Shown: positions 14,171-27,050 of the stretch, piece after piece
How positions within the stretch are numbered: position 1 is the first letter of the stretch
Layout: each line of letters starts with the position of its first letter
Assembly (NCBI RefSeq): GCF_016432865.1
Contig: NC_067402.1
Location: forward strand, 40,238,001-40,302,000
Length of the DNA: 64,000 bases
Reading direction: 5' to 3'
Source: Antechinus flavipes
Taxonomy: Eukaryota
Position numbers and translations under genes: made by a program
The notes under the pieces: model-generated
The model's database searches: none
What the model was told of the DNA's origin: nothing
The model's input: the letters and a program-made list of their open reading frames with translations, nothing else

Positions 14171-14424
14171 TGCCCCAAACCGTGACTTTACGTTGTTGGA
14201 AATATAATCTTGTTTTTGTGGGCATCTCTTAAGATGGTTCAACCTGAGTATCTCTTGTATCTGGGCTCCCATAATTCCTCTCTGTGTGTTTATGTGTATT
14301 ATGTATATATGTATATAATGTGTATAACATCTATGTGTATATAACTAATGTGCAAAGGATCTTCCTTTGATTATCTTGACACAACCTATTAATGAATTAT
14401 TCCTTGCTAGGATGTCAGTTCTTT

Positions 14425-14885
14425 TATTGGAAATTGAAGGGATGCCCATCAATTGGGAGTGGCTGAACAAATATGGTATATGAATGTAATGGAAGCTATT
14501 ATTCTATAAGGAATGAGGAGCAGGCAGATTTCAGATAAACCTAGACTCACATGAACTGATGTTGTGTGAAGTGAGCAGAACCAGGAGAACACTGTACACA
14601 GTAACAGCAATATTTTGCAACGATCATCAACTTTGATAGACTTTGCTCTTCTCAGTAATACAATGATCTAAAACAATTCTAAAAGCCTCATTCTAGAAAA
14701 TGCTATTCACATCCAGAGAAAGAAGTATGGAGTCTGAATGTAGATCAAAGCATACCATTTTCTCTCCCTCCTCCTTCTTGTGAATTTTCCCTTTTGTTTT
14801 GATTCTTTTTTTCTCAATATGACTAATGTGGAAATACATTTAATATGATTGTATGTGTATAATCTAAAAAAAAAGAAGAAAAAAA
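14425..14885 (+). mobile_element. L1 ORF2 C-terminus / 3' UTR fragment
   Basis: ggaaattgaagggatgcccatcaattggg...gaagtgagcagaaccaggagaac, ending in an A-rich tail; homologous to the copies at 25.4 kb and 37.1 kb. Confidence 0.88.
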
Positions 14886-15721
14886 GTTAGTTCTCTGATA
14901 GAAGACTTATGTCTCCAGGCTAATGTGGCTAATTATACTTGCATAGGTAAAAGGACGAAGGAAAGGATCTGGGGTTCAAGATGCTTTGAACTAGGGAACT
15001 GGAAGGGCACTGAAGTATCAGGGCTGAGGTGACTGAAAAGAATAAAAACAAAAAAAATCAACTGGAAACTATTTGAGAGGAATACAACTAGGTGGAGCAC
15101 TCAAGAGATAGCTAGGACTGGAATCAGGAAAACCAGAATTCAAACACAGCCTCAGGAACTTCAGCATGGATCGAACAAATCACTTAATTAACCTGTTTCT
15201 CCACCTATAAAATGAGATGATGATCTTCCAGGATCATCCCAGGATTGTTATGAGGATCAAATGGGATAATATTTGTAAAATACTTAGTACAGTGTCTGGC
15301 ACAGAGTAGGTGCTTAATAAATGCTTATTTCCTTCCTTCACCATCACCTGGAACACAGTAGGTAGTTAATAAGCACTCACTAACTTGCTTGATCCATATG
15401 ACTGGCTTGCATTTATATTCTTCTTGCCACATATCTCTCTGGTTTATGTTGTTTCTCTATGAGCAATATTTGGACGGAAATTTGTTACCGCCTACTCCCA
15501 CTTTCTACACACCTCTCCAATGCCCTTTGGGTGATCCTCAATTTTAATTTTTCAGAGGATGCAATTTTATGACTGGCAACCATCTGGTATCACTGGAAGA
15601 ATATTGCTGTTTTTTTTTTTTTTTTAATGGGTCTTTGTTTTCAAGAGAAGCTCATTTTTGGAAATGTGGTTCAGCTCTATAGTAGAAAGACCTGAGTTCA
15701 AATATTGCTTCTCTATTCATG

Positions 15722-15965
15722 TGATAATCATTTCTGGAAAATGAAGGGTCCATAGATGGTCTCTGAGAACCAGTGCTTGATCTTTGCTCCTCTGATTCCT
15801 TGGAGATCCTCAAGAATAATAAGTTTGAGGTCTTTGCTCTAATGCTTCTCTATCTGCGCAATAATGATTTTTGGCAAATGAGGGGTCCATATATGGTCTC
15901 TGAGGACCAGTGCTTGATCTCTGCTCCTCTGATTCCTAGAGATCCCGAAGAATAAGTTAGGGACC
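15722..15965. repeat. Local tandem duplication, period ~137 bp
   Basis: tggaaaatgaagggtccatagatggtctctgagaaccagtgcttgatc at 15735 versus tggcaaatgaggggtccatatatggtctctgaggaccagtgcttgatc at 15872. Confidence 0.92.
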
Positions 15966-16764
15966 TTCACTGATTATCCCCAAAATAATTCATTTTTGAG
16001 ATGCACAAGCTCCATCCCAGTGCTGGCCATTCCCTTTCCTGCTTAGCCAGAAGCACTGAGCCAAATCTCATTTAGAGATAGGTTCCAATTCTCATTTAGA
16101 GATAGGGAAAACTCTCCTACACTCGCCTCCAGCTTCCCAATGAATTCTTTTGCTTTACCAAAAGACAAAAAAACAAAACAAAACCTAATCCATTTCATTT
16201 CTCCCTGAAGAGCAGAGGTGGGTGAGGGGTCCCAAGGGCTAATTATTGTCTCTCTCAGAGGATGCCTGGTTCAACCCCCCTCATCCCACAGAGGAGGAAG
16301 CTGACTGGCAAGGAAGGAAAAAACCTCTCCAGGATGAGACCCCAAGGAAGAGCTCAGGGGAACATCACCATTTTAACCCGGAGCCTGAGCAAATGTGACC
16401 CTTTCAGAGGCAGGAATTTCAAGCATTTCCCTGGTTTCCTGAAGGACATCTGAGCAGACTTTCATGGCCAGAACTGAAAGAAGTCCATTGGCACAGTCCA
16501 ACCTTTCAAAATCCCCCAACACCCTCAAAACAAACATCAACAACATCAACAAGGGAACGAGTGTGTGTGGGAGACCTTGCAAGGAGCCTCATGGCCCACC
16601 TCAGAGTCTCATTTTATGTGGTTCCTGTGTGCTCAGGAGATGGTGGTGGTGAGGTGGAAAGACTGAAAGGGAAGAGGGGAAGCAATACACCTCTTAGAAC
16701 CCCAGAACAGAGCCAGATTATTACACATACACTGCTGAAGCACAAATGATTGGTGTTTAGCCAG

Positions 16765-17130
16765 AAGGATGAATAAACAAGCATTTATCAAGCCTATGTC
16801 AGCTATTGGGATTGGTGCTAAGGTACAAAATAAACCAAGCCAAAATGGAACTGGTCCTTCAAGAAGCTTTTATTTTTCAGTTAGTTCCTGATGCTTCTCA
16901 TTTCCAGGGAGAAGTGGGATTGATTTGGAGCAGGGTGCACATTTAAGTAAACATAAATAAACAAAAAAAGCACAAATAAATAAATACACACACACATGTC
17001 ATGTATGAGGAAGAACAGGAGGGTTGAGCTGACTGCACTGTGTAGTTTGTACAGGGGAGTAATATGTAAAAAGCCTGGAAAACAGGCTGGAGTCAGACTG
17101 GTAGGGCTTAGAAAAGTAGTATAGGGTAGT
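16765..17130 (-). mobile_element. L2 3' fragment
   Basis: aacaagcatttatcaagcctatg...aaggtacaaa...gagtaatatgtaaaaagcctggaaa. Confidence 0.6.
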
Positions 17131-18060
17131 GGTTAGGAATTTAAGTCAGAAAACCAAATTCCAGCAGATACTTTGCTAGATGGGAGACCCTAGTTCTGTT
17201 AAACTTTTAACCTTAGTTTCCTCATCTGAAAGGAACAGATTCAATGGCTTCTAAGATCTCTTCCAGCTCTAAATCTTATGATTTTATAATCTCACAAAAG
17301 AGTTAGCAGTCATGAGGAGCTAGTGGAGCATTTAAAAAAAATAATCGGTGATTTGTTCAGGGGCGTGCTTAATGAATGGTGTTTTGGTAGTTAGAGCAGT
17401 TTGGACACAGATAAAGAGCCCGGGTTTAGTTCTTCCGTTAATTCCGTAATTTGGGGCATCCAAGATGGAGCTGTTTGACAGTTGCCGGTACAATCCAGTC
17501 TGAAATCCCCAAACCTGTCTTGGATCACTTCAATGTCAATTCCTTCTTGTTCCCCATATACTACACTTAAAATTGATTATTCCTCAGAAACATTATCTCT
17601 CCTGAACTGAAGGCTGTGAAATGTCAGCAATAAAATAAATGGGTTTATATAGGATTCCTAAAACTTCTTCTAGCTCTGACATAAGTCATTCTGGGTGCTA
17701 GGAAAACAGCTCTGATGGGAATCTTCAGGGAGATGGAGTTCTTCCCTATCAGGAATCCACAATCTGGGAACTGGGTTGGCTTTACTCTAGCTGTGAAGGT
17801 GAGATCTCCTGCCACAGGCAAAACAAGGTTGACTCTCTCCCAATTGCAGGCTCTTAATGCATTTCCCCTCCCCTCCTTCTGCCCCTTCTCCTTCCACTTC
17901 AAGTTTTACTCCTCTGGAACCTGTCTGTTGACCTCAGGTGTTAGCTGATATCTAAGAGGTAAGTTAATGTCTGGATCTCTTGCCTAACTATTAATTAAGA
18001 ATTCCCAGAGTTGCCATTTTTGAGTAGAAAAGTCTTAATGTTTGAAAACCCTTTAAGTCA

Positions 18061-18211
18061 ATGGCGCAGTGGATAGAGCAACAGCCCTGAAGTCAGGAGG
18101 ACCTGAGTTCAAATCTGATCTCAGACATGTAATACTTCCTAGCTGTGGGTCCCTGGGCAAGTCACTTAACCCCAACTGACTCAGAAAAAAAAAGAAAGAA
18201 AGAAAGAAAAA
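18061..18211 (+). mobile_element. WSINE1-like SINE with A-rich tail and ~17-bp TSD
   Basis: tggcgcagtggatagagc...gagttcaaatc (tRNA A/B boxes) and an (AAAG)n tail. TSD gaaaaccctttaagtca (18044-18060) versus gaaaactctttaagcca (18212-18228). Confidence 0.9.
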
Positions 18212-18594
18212 GAAAACTCTTTAAGCCATGAAGAAATAATGCCACAATTAATACTAGAAGGATAGTCAGCAAGGGAGATTCTTGGACAGGGGTGGGCTAA
18301 TGTGGAAGGGACACTGAGAAAAAGAGTTCTCTCAGAGGCAAAAGATCTGGGTTTGAATTCTCCTTCCTCAGATAAAACAGTTAACTTCTCTTTGCCTCAG
18401 TTTCAAAATCTATAATTGTGGATGGGATATAGATGGGATCAGATGCTCTTCTATCACTAAATCCTATAATACTCTGACTTCAAAATGCAGTTCAAAACCT
18501 ACAATCTACAGTGAGTGTTTCCTGACATCCGGCACCTGCCTTCTCTCACTATCTTGAGTGTAGCTTTATTTGTCTGTTTCTCTTCAAATTTATT

Positions 18595-18895
18595 CTGTAC
18601 ATATTTATTTATTTTTCTTTTAAAATTAATCTATTTAAAACTTAAATACAAAATAGAAAAAGAAAAAAACACATTGCTATGGGCATAGCGGAACACAAGA
18701 GAGTTCTCAGAATTTAAAATAAATTTCCATTTCAAAAAAGCCTATATGATAAATACTACACACTGTGTTCAGAGTGGTCCATCTTTTCTTTGCTTCCTTG
18801 TAGATTTTCTTTTGTTCTCTGCTGTGCATTTTTTACTTAATTCTTTTTCCTCCCTTTTCCTTTGCGCTCCAAGCTACAATTAAGCATGGATATGT
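18595..18895 (-). mobile_element. L1-type 3' end fragment
   Basis: T-rich start, then aaatacaaaatagaaaaagaaaaaaacacattgc...aataaatttccatttc, recalled from older marsupial L1 3' ends. Confidence 0.6.
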
Positions 18896-18985
18896 AGATC
18901 TAGATATAAATAGATATAGACATGTATGTGTGTGTATATATATGTATATATATACACATACATACATATATAGAAATACATATTT
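18895..18985. repeat. TA/TG/CA low-complexity tract
   Basis: tatgtgtgtgtatatatatgtatatatatacacatacatacatata. Confidence 0.8.
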
Positions 18986-19523
18986 ATTAGGGAATGGTAG
19001 TAGTGAAATGGAAGGGCTGAAAGGGAAGTAGGGGCAGTAACGAACCCCTTAGAAGTAAGGTATATGTTCTATCTAGAACAAAGCTAGATTACTACACATA
19101 TACTGATGAAACAAAAATGAATGGTGCTAGTCAGAAGAATTAATAAACAAGCATTTATTAAGTGACTGCTGTATGTGAAGCATTGTGATTGGCCCTAGGA
19201 ATATAAAGGGGGCTTATGTTTTTCATATACATAGATATCTATAATTATATACATATACATTTTTATACATCTATGTAAGACCATACTCTGCTTGTTTGCT
19301 CTCTATTTCTCTAAAGGTAGATGACATCTTCCTTTGCCAGATCATTCTTTCCATATTTTTCTAAATCTATCAATTCATCATTTCTTACACTTCAGAGATA
19401 TTCTTATCTATGTGTAACAATTTAACTATCTAGTTATTTCAAATCATTTAAAATGATATTAATATGGTTGGCATTATAATATAGTTTCCCTGTTTTTTTG
19501 ATATCAATGATTACTGTGCCTCC

Positions 19524-19670
19524 TTTTTTTTTTTTTTTTCTGAGTCAATTGGGGTTAAGTTACTTCCCCAGGGTCACATGGAAAATGTTAAGCGTCTGAA
19601 ATCAGATTTGAACTCAGGTCCTTCTGACTTCAGGGCTGGTGCTCTAATAAGTGTACCACCTCGCTGCCCC
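19524..19670 (-). mobile_element. WSINE1-like SINE
   Basis: Poly-T, then ttggggttaagt...gatttgaactcaggtcct...ccacctcgctgcccc; reverse complement of the 18061 copy. Confidence 0.9.
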
Positions 19671-20364
19671 AACTCCTGCTTTTTAAAAACCTAATTCTAT
19701 ATCTGATCTTATTATCTTAATGTGTATTTCTTCTTTCCTACCCCTCCTGACTCCTCTGCTTTACTTCTCCTTTGTCTGTTCTTTTTAAAAATAGTTGCTT
19801 GTCAGTGTAATTCCTTCCAGTCATGGGGCAAGGGGGATGATGCCTCTGGTCTCAAGCCCCGCAGTTCTCCCCCTCTCTCTACTGGAACCCGAAACCAAGA
19901 ACTCGCCTAAGTGCATGCCTGCAGCCAGCAGCTTCCTTGCTTCTGCACTCACCTGGCCTGTACTGATCCCTTCTCACCCAGGGCCGCATCTCAGCAGCAC
20001 AGCTGGGCCCAGTGATTCTCTCATCTTTCCCTGACTCAGACACTCAGGACTCCCCACACAGTCCACGAAGTGAAAATTCCTGTGGCTGGGACCCGGGCTG
20101 TCTCCCAAGCCACTAGCCCCAGGGCTTGCTGCTTGTTTTTTCAGGGGAACCAGCCTGGAGGTGTTTACACACAGGCCAAACTTCTGTCCTGGGGTCTTTT
20201 TTTGGATCTTCTCCATTTGTCTCAGGAGGACCACTGTTCTGCCCCGACTCTTGTTTGTTTTTACTGCTATAGGGTCAATTTTGTCTTTTTTTGTGGGGGA
20301 AATCTAGAGAGCTTGGAATGTTCAGACCTATTTCCCCATCTTTATAGAACACTCTTCTCTAGTG

Positions 20365-21820
20365 TGTGTATATATATGTATGTAATATACATATACTTAT
20401 ACAGTATATATAATTATATATATTTATATTTATATAGTCTATAGTTATAGACTGTATACAGTGTATATACTTATACAGTCTGTAGAGTTATATAGACTGT
20501 ATATGTTGTGTATAATTATACAGTCTATAGAGTTATATAGTCTGTATATATTGTATATACTTATGGTCTGTAGAGTTATATAATCTGTATACATTGTATA
20601 TACTTATACAGTCTGTAGAGTTATATAGACTATATATTATGTATACTTATATAGTCTGTAGAGTTATATAGTCTGTATACATTGTATATACTTATACAGT
20701 CTGTAGAGTTATATAGTCTGTATACATTGTATATACTTATACAGTCTGTAGAGTTATATAGACTATATATTATGTATACTTATATAGTCTATAGAGTTAT
20801 ATAGTCTGTATACATTGTATATACTTATACAGTCTGTAGAGTTATATAGACTATATATTATGTATACTTATATAGTCTATAGAGTTATATAGTCTGTATA
20901 TACAATATATATTGTATATATTGTCTGTATATATTGTATATACTTATGGTCTGTAGAGTTATATAATCTGTATACATTGTATATACTTATACAGTCTGTA
21001 GAGTTATATAGACTATATATTATGTATACTTATATAGTCTGTAGAGTTATATAGTCTGTATACATTGTATATACTTATATAGTCTATAGAGTTATATAGT
21101 CTGTATACATTGTATATACTTATGGTCTGTAGAGTTATATAAACTATATGTTGTATATACTTATACAGTCTATAGAGTTATATAGTCTGTATACATTGTA
21201 TATACTTATACAGTCTGTAGAGTTATATAGACTATATATTATGTATACTTATATAGTCTGTATATACAATATATATTGTATATACTTATATAGTCTGTAT
21301 ATACAATATATATTGTATATATTGTCTGTATATATTGTATATACTTATGGTCTGTAGAGTTATATAATCTGTATACATTGTATATACTTATACAGTCTGT
21401 AGAGTTATATAGACTATATGTTATGTATACTTATATAGTCTGTAGAGTTATATAGTCTGTATACATTGTATATACTTATACAGTCTATAGAGTTATATAG
21501 TCTGTATACATTGTATATACTTATACAGTCTATAGAGTTATATAGACTATATATTATGTATACTTATACAGTCTATAGAGTTATATAGTCTGTATACATT
21601 GTATATACTTATACAGTCTATAGAGTTATATAGTCTGTATACATTGTATATACTTATGCAGTCTGTAGAGTTATATAGACTATATATTATGTATACTTAT
21701 ATAGTCTATAGAGTTATATAGTCTGTATACATTGTATATACTTATACAGTCTGTAGAGTTATATAGACTGTATATATAATGTATACCGATATAGTTTATA
21801 GAGTTATAGAGACTGTATGT
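20365..21820. repeat. AT-rich minisatellite, 45/43-bp units, about 30 copies
   Basis: Unit A is atagtctgtatacattgtatatacttatacagtctgtagagttat (45 bp). Unit B is atagactatatattatgtatacttatatagtctgtagagttat (43 bp). The units are interspersed. Confidence 0.97.
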
Positions 21821-22324
21821 ACTTGGTGTCTCCTTTGTTAGGATGTAACTTTTGAGCAGGAGTTATTTCACTGATGGGCCTAGAAGAACACCTGACACAT
21901 GGTAAGGTTTAATAAATGTTTGTGGGTTGCTTAGATGACCTCTGCCTTATGGTTGGCCGATCTCGAGGGACAGTGCAGAGTGTTGCCAGGTGAAATGGAG
22001 CATGGCCCATTTAGCCGTTTCCAAAACTACTTTGTCCTCAGGAGGTTTCCCTCTTGCTTTCTCAGCAGGGGTTAGTACTGCTGCTTGTTGGTTTGCAGCA
22101 GCCTTGCTGTCAGTGCTTGCTTTATTTTATGTTAAGCTTTAGTGTGTGTGGATACAGAATAAATTCTGTCCCAGGCCTGATTCATACAATAGGATATCTT
22201 TCTACTTTCTCTTGGAAGCGCAAGACAAGAAGGTGAAGGGTGGGGGATGTACCCGAACAACAAACATTTATTAAGCGCCTACTATATGCCAGGCACTGTG
22301 CTACATATTGTGCTGTTGTTTGTT

Positions 22325-22520
22325 TGTATGTTTCAGATCTCTGTGACCTCATTTGGGGTTTTCTTGGATCCTGGAGTAGTTTGCCATTTCCTTCCTTCTC
22401 CAGATTATTTTACTGAGCAGGAAACTGAGGTAAGCAGGGTAAAGTGACCTACCCAGGTTCATGCACTAGAAAGTGGCTGAGGCTGGATGAGTTTCCACCC
22501 TCCAGGCCTGTGGCCTCTAT
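22325..22520 (-). mobile_element. Mar1-like CORE-SINE
   Basis: ctgtgacctcatttggggttttcttgg...ggagtagtttgccatttcc...gaaactgagg. Confidence 0.75.
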
Positions 22521-25429
22521 GTTACCTGGCTACCAAAGCACTGGAGACACAACAAGAGGTCAGTGACAATTCCTGTCCTCCTAGAGCAATGGTGAGCTAG
22601 AATGTGAGACTTGCAGGACTGAGCCTGGTCAGACTGGGCCCTGGACCTGGGTCTGGAGCAGACTGTCCCCTCAGCTGACACTGTCCCGGGGCCCAGACCC
22701 CTAAGTTTGAGGCAATGTCTCTTGTGAGTCATATGACATCTTCCAGCCTCCATTTTTCACCTGTGAAATGGGAATAAGAATACCGATAGCACTTTTGTGC
22801 ACAGGGCTATTCTGAGGCTAGAATGTGATAACTAAAGAAAAGCATTTTCCTGGCCAAGGATTGGAGCAGCCAAGACAGAACTAGAACTGCCCCTCCTGCT
22901 TTCAGCCTCCCAAGGGTGTGTCTCAGGACTAATGGGGAACAGTGCTTTGAGATGACCGGTCAATCCCTTTCTTGGCCCCTGGCCTGGAAGAGCTGGTGAC
23001 TCAGTGGGTCTTTAAAAAAGGGAGTTACTCACTTTTGCTTCTTTAAAGCCATGCTCCAGGAATGTTTCATCCCAAAACTTCCCTCAGTGCTTGGAACATC
23101 CAACCATCTCGGGGGCCTTCCTGCCATGGACAATCCCTGCAGGATATGGAGGCCCCATTCTGGGGGCTCTGCTTTGTGGAGGGACCCAGGATGCCCATTC
23201 TTACTCCTCTCCCGCCTCTGCTCCTGGCTTTCCAAACTTCAGAATTATGCTTCCCCAGCCCGACATAGGCATCTTAACCTGGTCCCTCCTCAACATTGTT
23301 CACCTGTACCTTCCCCACCTTCCCCCATTAAAATGTGGACTGTTGGAGAGTGGTTATTGTCTTTCCTTCTGTTAGTTTTTGAATTCCTGGTACTTATCAT
23401 AGGGCCTGGTACACAGTGGAGCTTAATAAATGCTTGTTACCTTGTTTTACCTTGTCTAGTCACAAGTTGAGTTACTGAGTTCTGTCAAAAGAGATGAATG
23501 TTTTTGTGTTTAGCATTTCTTTAGTGTGGAGGAATAAACATGTATTCCCTACCTGATTCATCTTGAACATTGAGTATCTTTCTGCTGGACTTGAACCTCA
23601 TAGAATAGAAGAAGCTGAGGCAGAATGTGAACAAAAAAGTGTTGGAGAAGGCGGCCTAATCACTTTCATTATAGGTCAGGATTTTCCAGTATTGAATCCA
23701 GCTGGGCCCATGAACAGATGGTTTCTCATTTGTAAAGGGGGAATAATAATGCCAGTACCTCCCCAAAGTGGTTATCATATGTAAAATAAAATATTTTGTA
23801 GACGTTAATGTACTAGATAAATAATAATACTAACAATAACTAGCATTTACATAGCACTTTAGGTTTGAAAAACACTTCTATCTCATGCTCCAGAATGACC
23901 CAAGGAAGTGGGTTCTATTTTATCCTCATTTGACACATGGGGAAACTGAGGCAGACTAGGTGAAGTGACTTGCCGAGGGGTCAGGACTGAGGCGGGTTGT
24001 GTCAATGTCCCACGTGACCTTGGACCCATTGCTACAGACCTTGCCGAGCTTCCCTCTACGGCATCCTCGCTCCACAGTTCCCACAGTGCTTTGCCGAAAT
24101 TGAGCTGAATCACTCCAGATGCTCAGGTCCCTTCCACGGATGGTTTGTGGAAGAAGGAGTCGGGTATTCAAGGTCCCGGTGTGAGAGAAGCACTTGCAGA
24201 TTTTTGGCAGCCGCCTAGGCCGATGGCAGGCATCCATAAGACTTGCCTTTCCCATGCATCTCAGTTTTTCCCTCTTCTGTCTTCCAAGGATGAATCAGCA
24301 GAGGCCATGGAGCTGGTCCAGGACACTGCCTGGGGCAGTTCCGGCCGGGATGGCCCCTGTGGATTCCCCCCACAGCTCAGTGCTAGTCACTCGACGGATT
24401 CCACTTAACAAAGTCATCAGAGGGGGCAGGGCCCTCGAACTTCCCTCTCTCCAAGTGCTGGGCAGAGACCCGGACCACTGACCAGATGTTCTCCTCTCAC
24501 TTGCTTCCCATGGGAAAATGGCAAAACAAACTGTCTTCATCTTGCTTGCAATCTTGGCGACCTCTCATCTCTCAGGAAGGATACTCACCTACAAGTCCTA
24601 CCTAGGGAACTTAGAAGCCGGGAATGGCATCTACAGGTAGTGCTTGGGGGACAGGAGGAAGGGCAGCCCCAGGCCCACTTCACAGACTTAACTGGTCACA
24701 CAAGTGGACGCCTTCTCTGCACATGGCTTGTGAGCCGAGCTGAGTGCTGGGCCAAAAAAAGAGGCCAAATCTGTTTTCTGAGCAAAAATAGTCAAGCTTC
24801 CCTCTGGGCTCCATCCAGCCCAGGGAACAGGGTTATAGCTCTCCACAAAGTCAGCTGGGAAAAGTCCCCTGGAGTTGTTTAGCTAGGCAGCTTCTCAGGG
24901 GAAATCCCACTTGGTCCCCAGATCACAAAGCAGACTCTTTGTGTGCATGTGAAGGGCTTTGGGAGCAATGGGCCCCTTGCTGTTCATAAACCTCCTCCAG
25001 CAGCTTCACTGAACTTACTGCTGTTAAGAAGAGAAAAGGGGTTCAGGGTGGAGAAGCAGCAGGTATATAAGGGATGAAAGGAAGACAGGAGAACTCAGGA
25101 TACAGACCTGAAGCTGTATAAGTAATCTTGTGATTATGTGGCAAAAGCATTGGACGGGGAGTCTGAGGACCTGGGTGCAAATTCTGATTCTGATCATTAT
25201 ACTACCTATGGATGGCAAGCACAGCACCTTACCTCTAAGTAAGTTTAGTGAGCTTAGTTTCCTCACTTATAAAATGAAGAAGGAAGACTCAACCTCTCAA
25301 GTTCCTTCCAGGTCTAAAATGGAATCATTTGTTCAGTCATTCTGGAGAGCAAGTTAGAATTGTGCCCTTTCAAATTACACACCCATTGATCCAGCAGAGT
25401 GGCTATTGGGTTTGTATGCCAAAGGGATC

Positions 25430-26030
25430 ATAAAGAAGGGAAACAGACCCATATGTGTAAAAATGTTTTTGTAGTAGCAAGTATCTGGAAATTGAGTGGA
25501 TGCCCATCAATGGCTGAATAAGTTATGGTCTATAAATATAATGGAATATTATTGTTCTATAAGAAATGATCAGCAGAATGATTTCAGAAAAACCTGAAAA
25601 GACTCACATGAATTGATGCTGAGTGAAGTGAGCAGAACCCAGAGAACATTGTACACAGTAACAGCAATATTTTATGATGGTCAACTATGATAGACTTACC
25701 TCTTCTCAGCAATATAGTGATCCAGGACAATTCCAATAGACGTGGGGTGGAAAATGTCATCCACATCCAGATAGAGAACCATGGAGACTGACTGTGGATT
25801 GAAGCAAATGATTTCCCCCTTTTGTTTTGATTTTTCTTTCACAATATGATTAACAGGGAAATATGTTTTAAATGATTGTGCATGTATAATTTGTATCAGG
25901 TTGTATGCTGTTTTGGGTAGTGGGGAGATAAAGGGGAGAGGAAGAAAAAAGTTGTGACTCAAAATCTAACAAAAGTGAGTGTTAAAAACCATATTTACAT
26001 GTAATTAGAAAAATAATATTAAATGAAAAA
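25430..26030 (+). mobile_element. L1 3' fragment (ORF2 end + 3' UTR)
   Basis: ggaaattgagtggatgcccatcaatggctgaataagttatgg...gcagaacccagagaacattgtacacag, with an A-rich end. Confidence 0.9.
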
Positions 26031-26769
26031 AGCAAAATGGGATAAATTTTCTGATTCCACATCAGTAAGAATGAAGCAATTCTCTACACACCATCTACCT
26101 TATGTGGTAGTGAGAAAAACAATCTATAAAGCATGAATTATTGTTACTATGGGACAAAAAGGACCAAAAGGGACAATACATCTTGACTTTCAAACAACCA
26201 TCTTTTTAGCTTCCAAGGGTAAAAATTTTCCATGGGAACATCCAGTTCCACTTTGAACAGGCTTAGGACAGCTGCAGATTGGGAGGTTGGGACAAGAGAA
26301 GCCTTTCCTTATATAGCTATGAGAGAAGGAGAGGGGAAGGTTGAGAGAAAAAGCCTCCACTATTGATGGAGTTTTACTGATTCATGTGGAAACCATGAAG
26401 CCAGCAGAGGAGTTAACACAAAAGATGGTGAGGAAGCTTTCAGAAGGAGCTGCCTAGCTACTACTAAGCATCCTTTTAATTCTTATTGGATCATCACAAG
26501 ATGGGAGGGAGATTTTGGTCTCCTTCTAAGGCCTGTCTAAAAGAAAAATAAAAGAATGCCAGTCCTGAAGGATTATTTCTAATGTACTCAGAGACAGATG
26601 GACTCAGATTGAAAGCAATGACCAATATTGGTTCCAGAGGATGGAGGGTGAATCATACTTCCCTCCTTTGAGTAGAAGGGAGAGAGGAATTAAAGATGCC
26701 AAATGTGGTCACCGTGGCAGTTGGTTTTACTTAACTGTTTTTCCTTATTACAGAAAGAGGGAGTCCGAC

Positions 26770-27050
26770 TTACCTCCTGGGGCGGCCCATTCCACTGTGG
26801 GATAGCTTAATTGGGAAAATTTCCCTAATACGGGCTTGCAATCTGCCTCTCTGCAACTCCCACCCATACTCTGAACTCTTGCCTCTCGGGCCAATCACAA
26901 TAAATCTAATTTCTCTTCCATAAAATGATCCTTCAAAAATTTGAGGACAGCTGTGATGCTTACCCCTTTACTTCTGTGCGAGTTTTTCTTTCTTTAGGCT
27001 ATGCATCCTCAATTTCTTCAACCAATCCTTATATGATATGGCCTTGAACA
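26770..27050 (-). mobile_element. L3/CR1 fragment
   Basis: ggcccattccactgtgggatagcttaattggg...aataaatctaatttctcttcc...caatttcttcaaccaatcc. Confidence 0.7.

Noticed and set aside
20365-21820. CRISPR-like periodicity
   Set aside because: Eukaryotic DNA with contiguous tandem units, no unique spacers and no cas genes.
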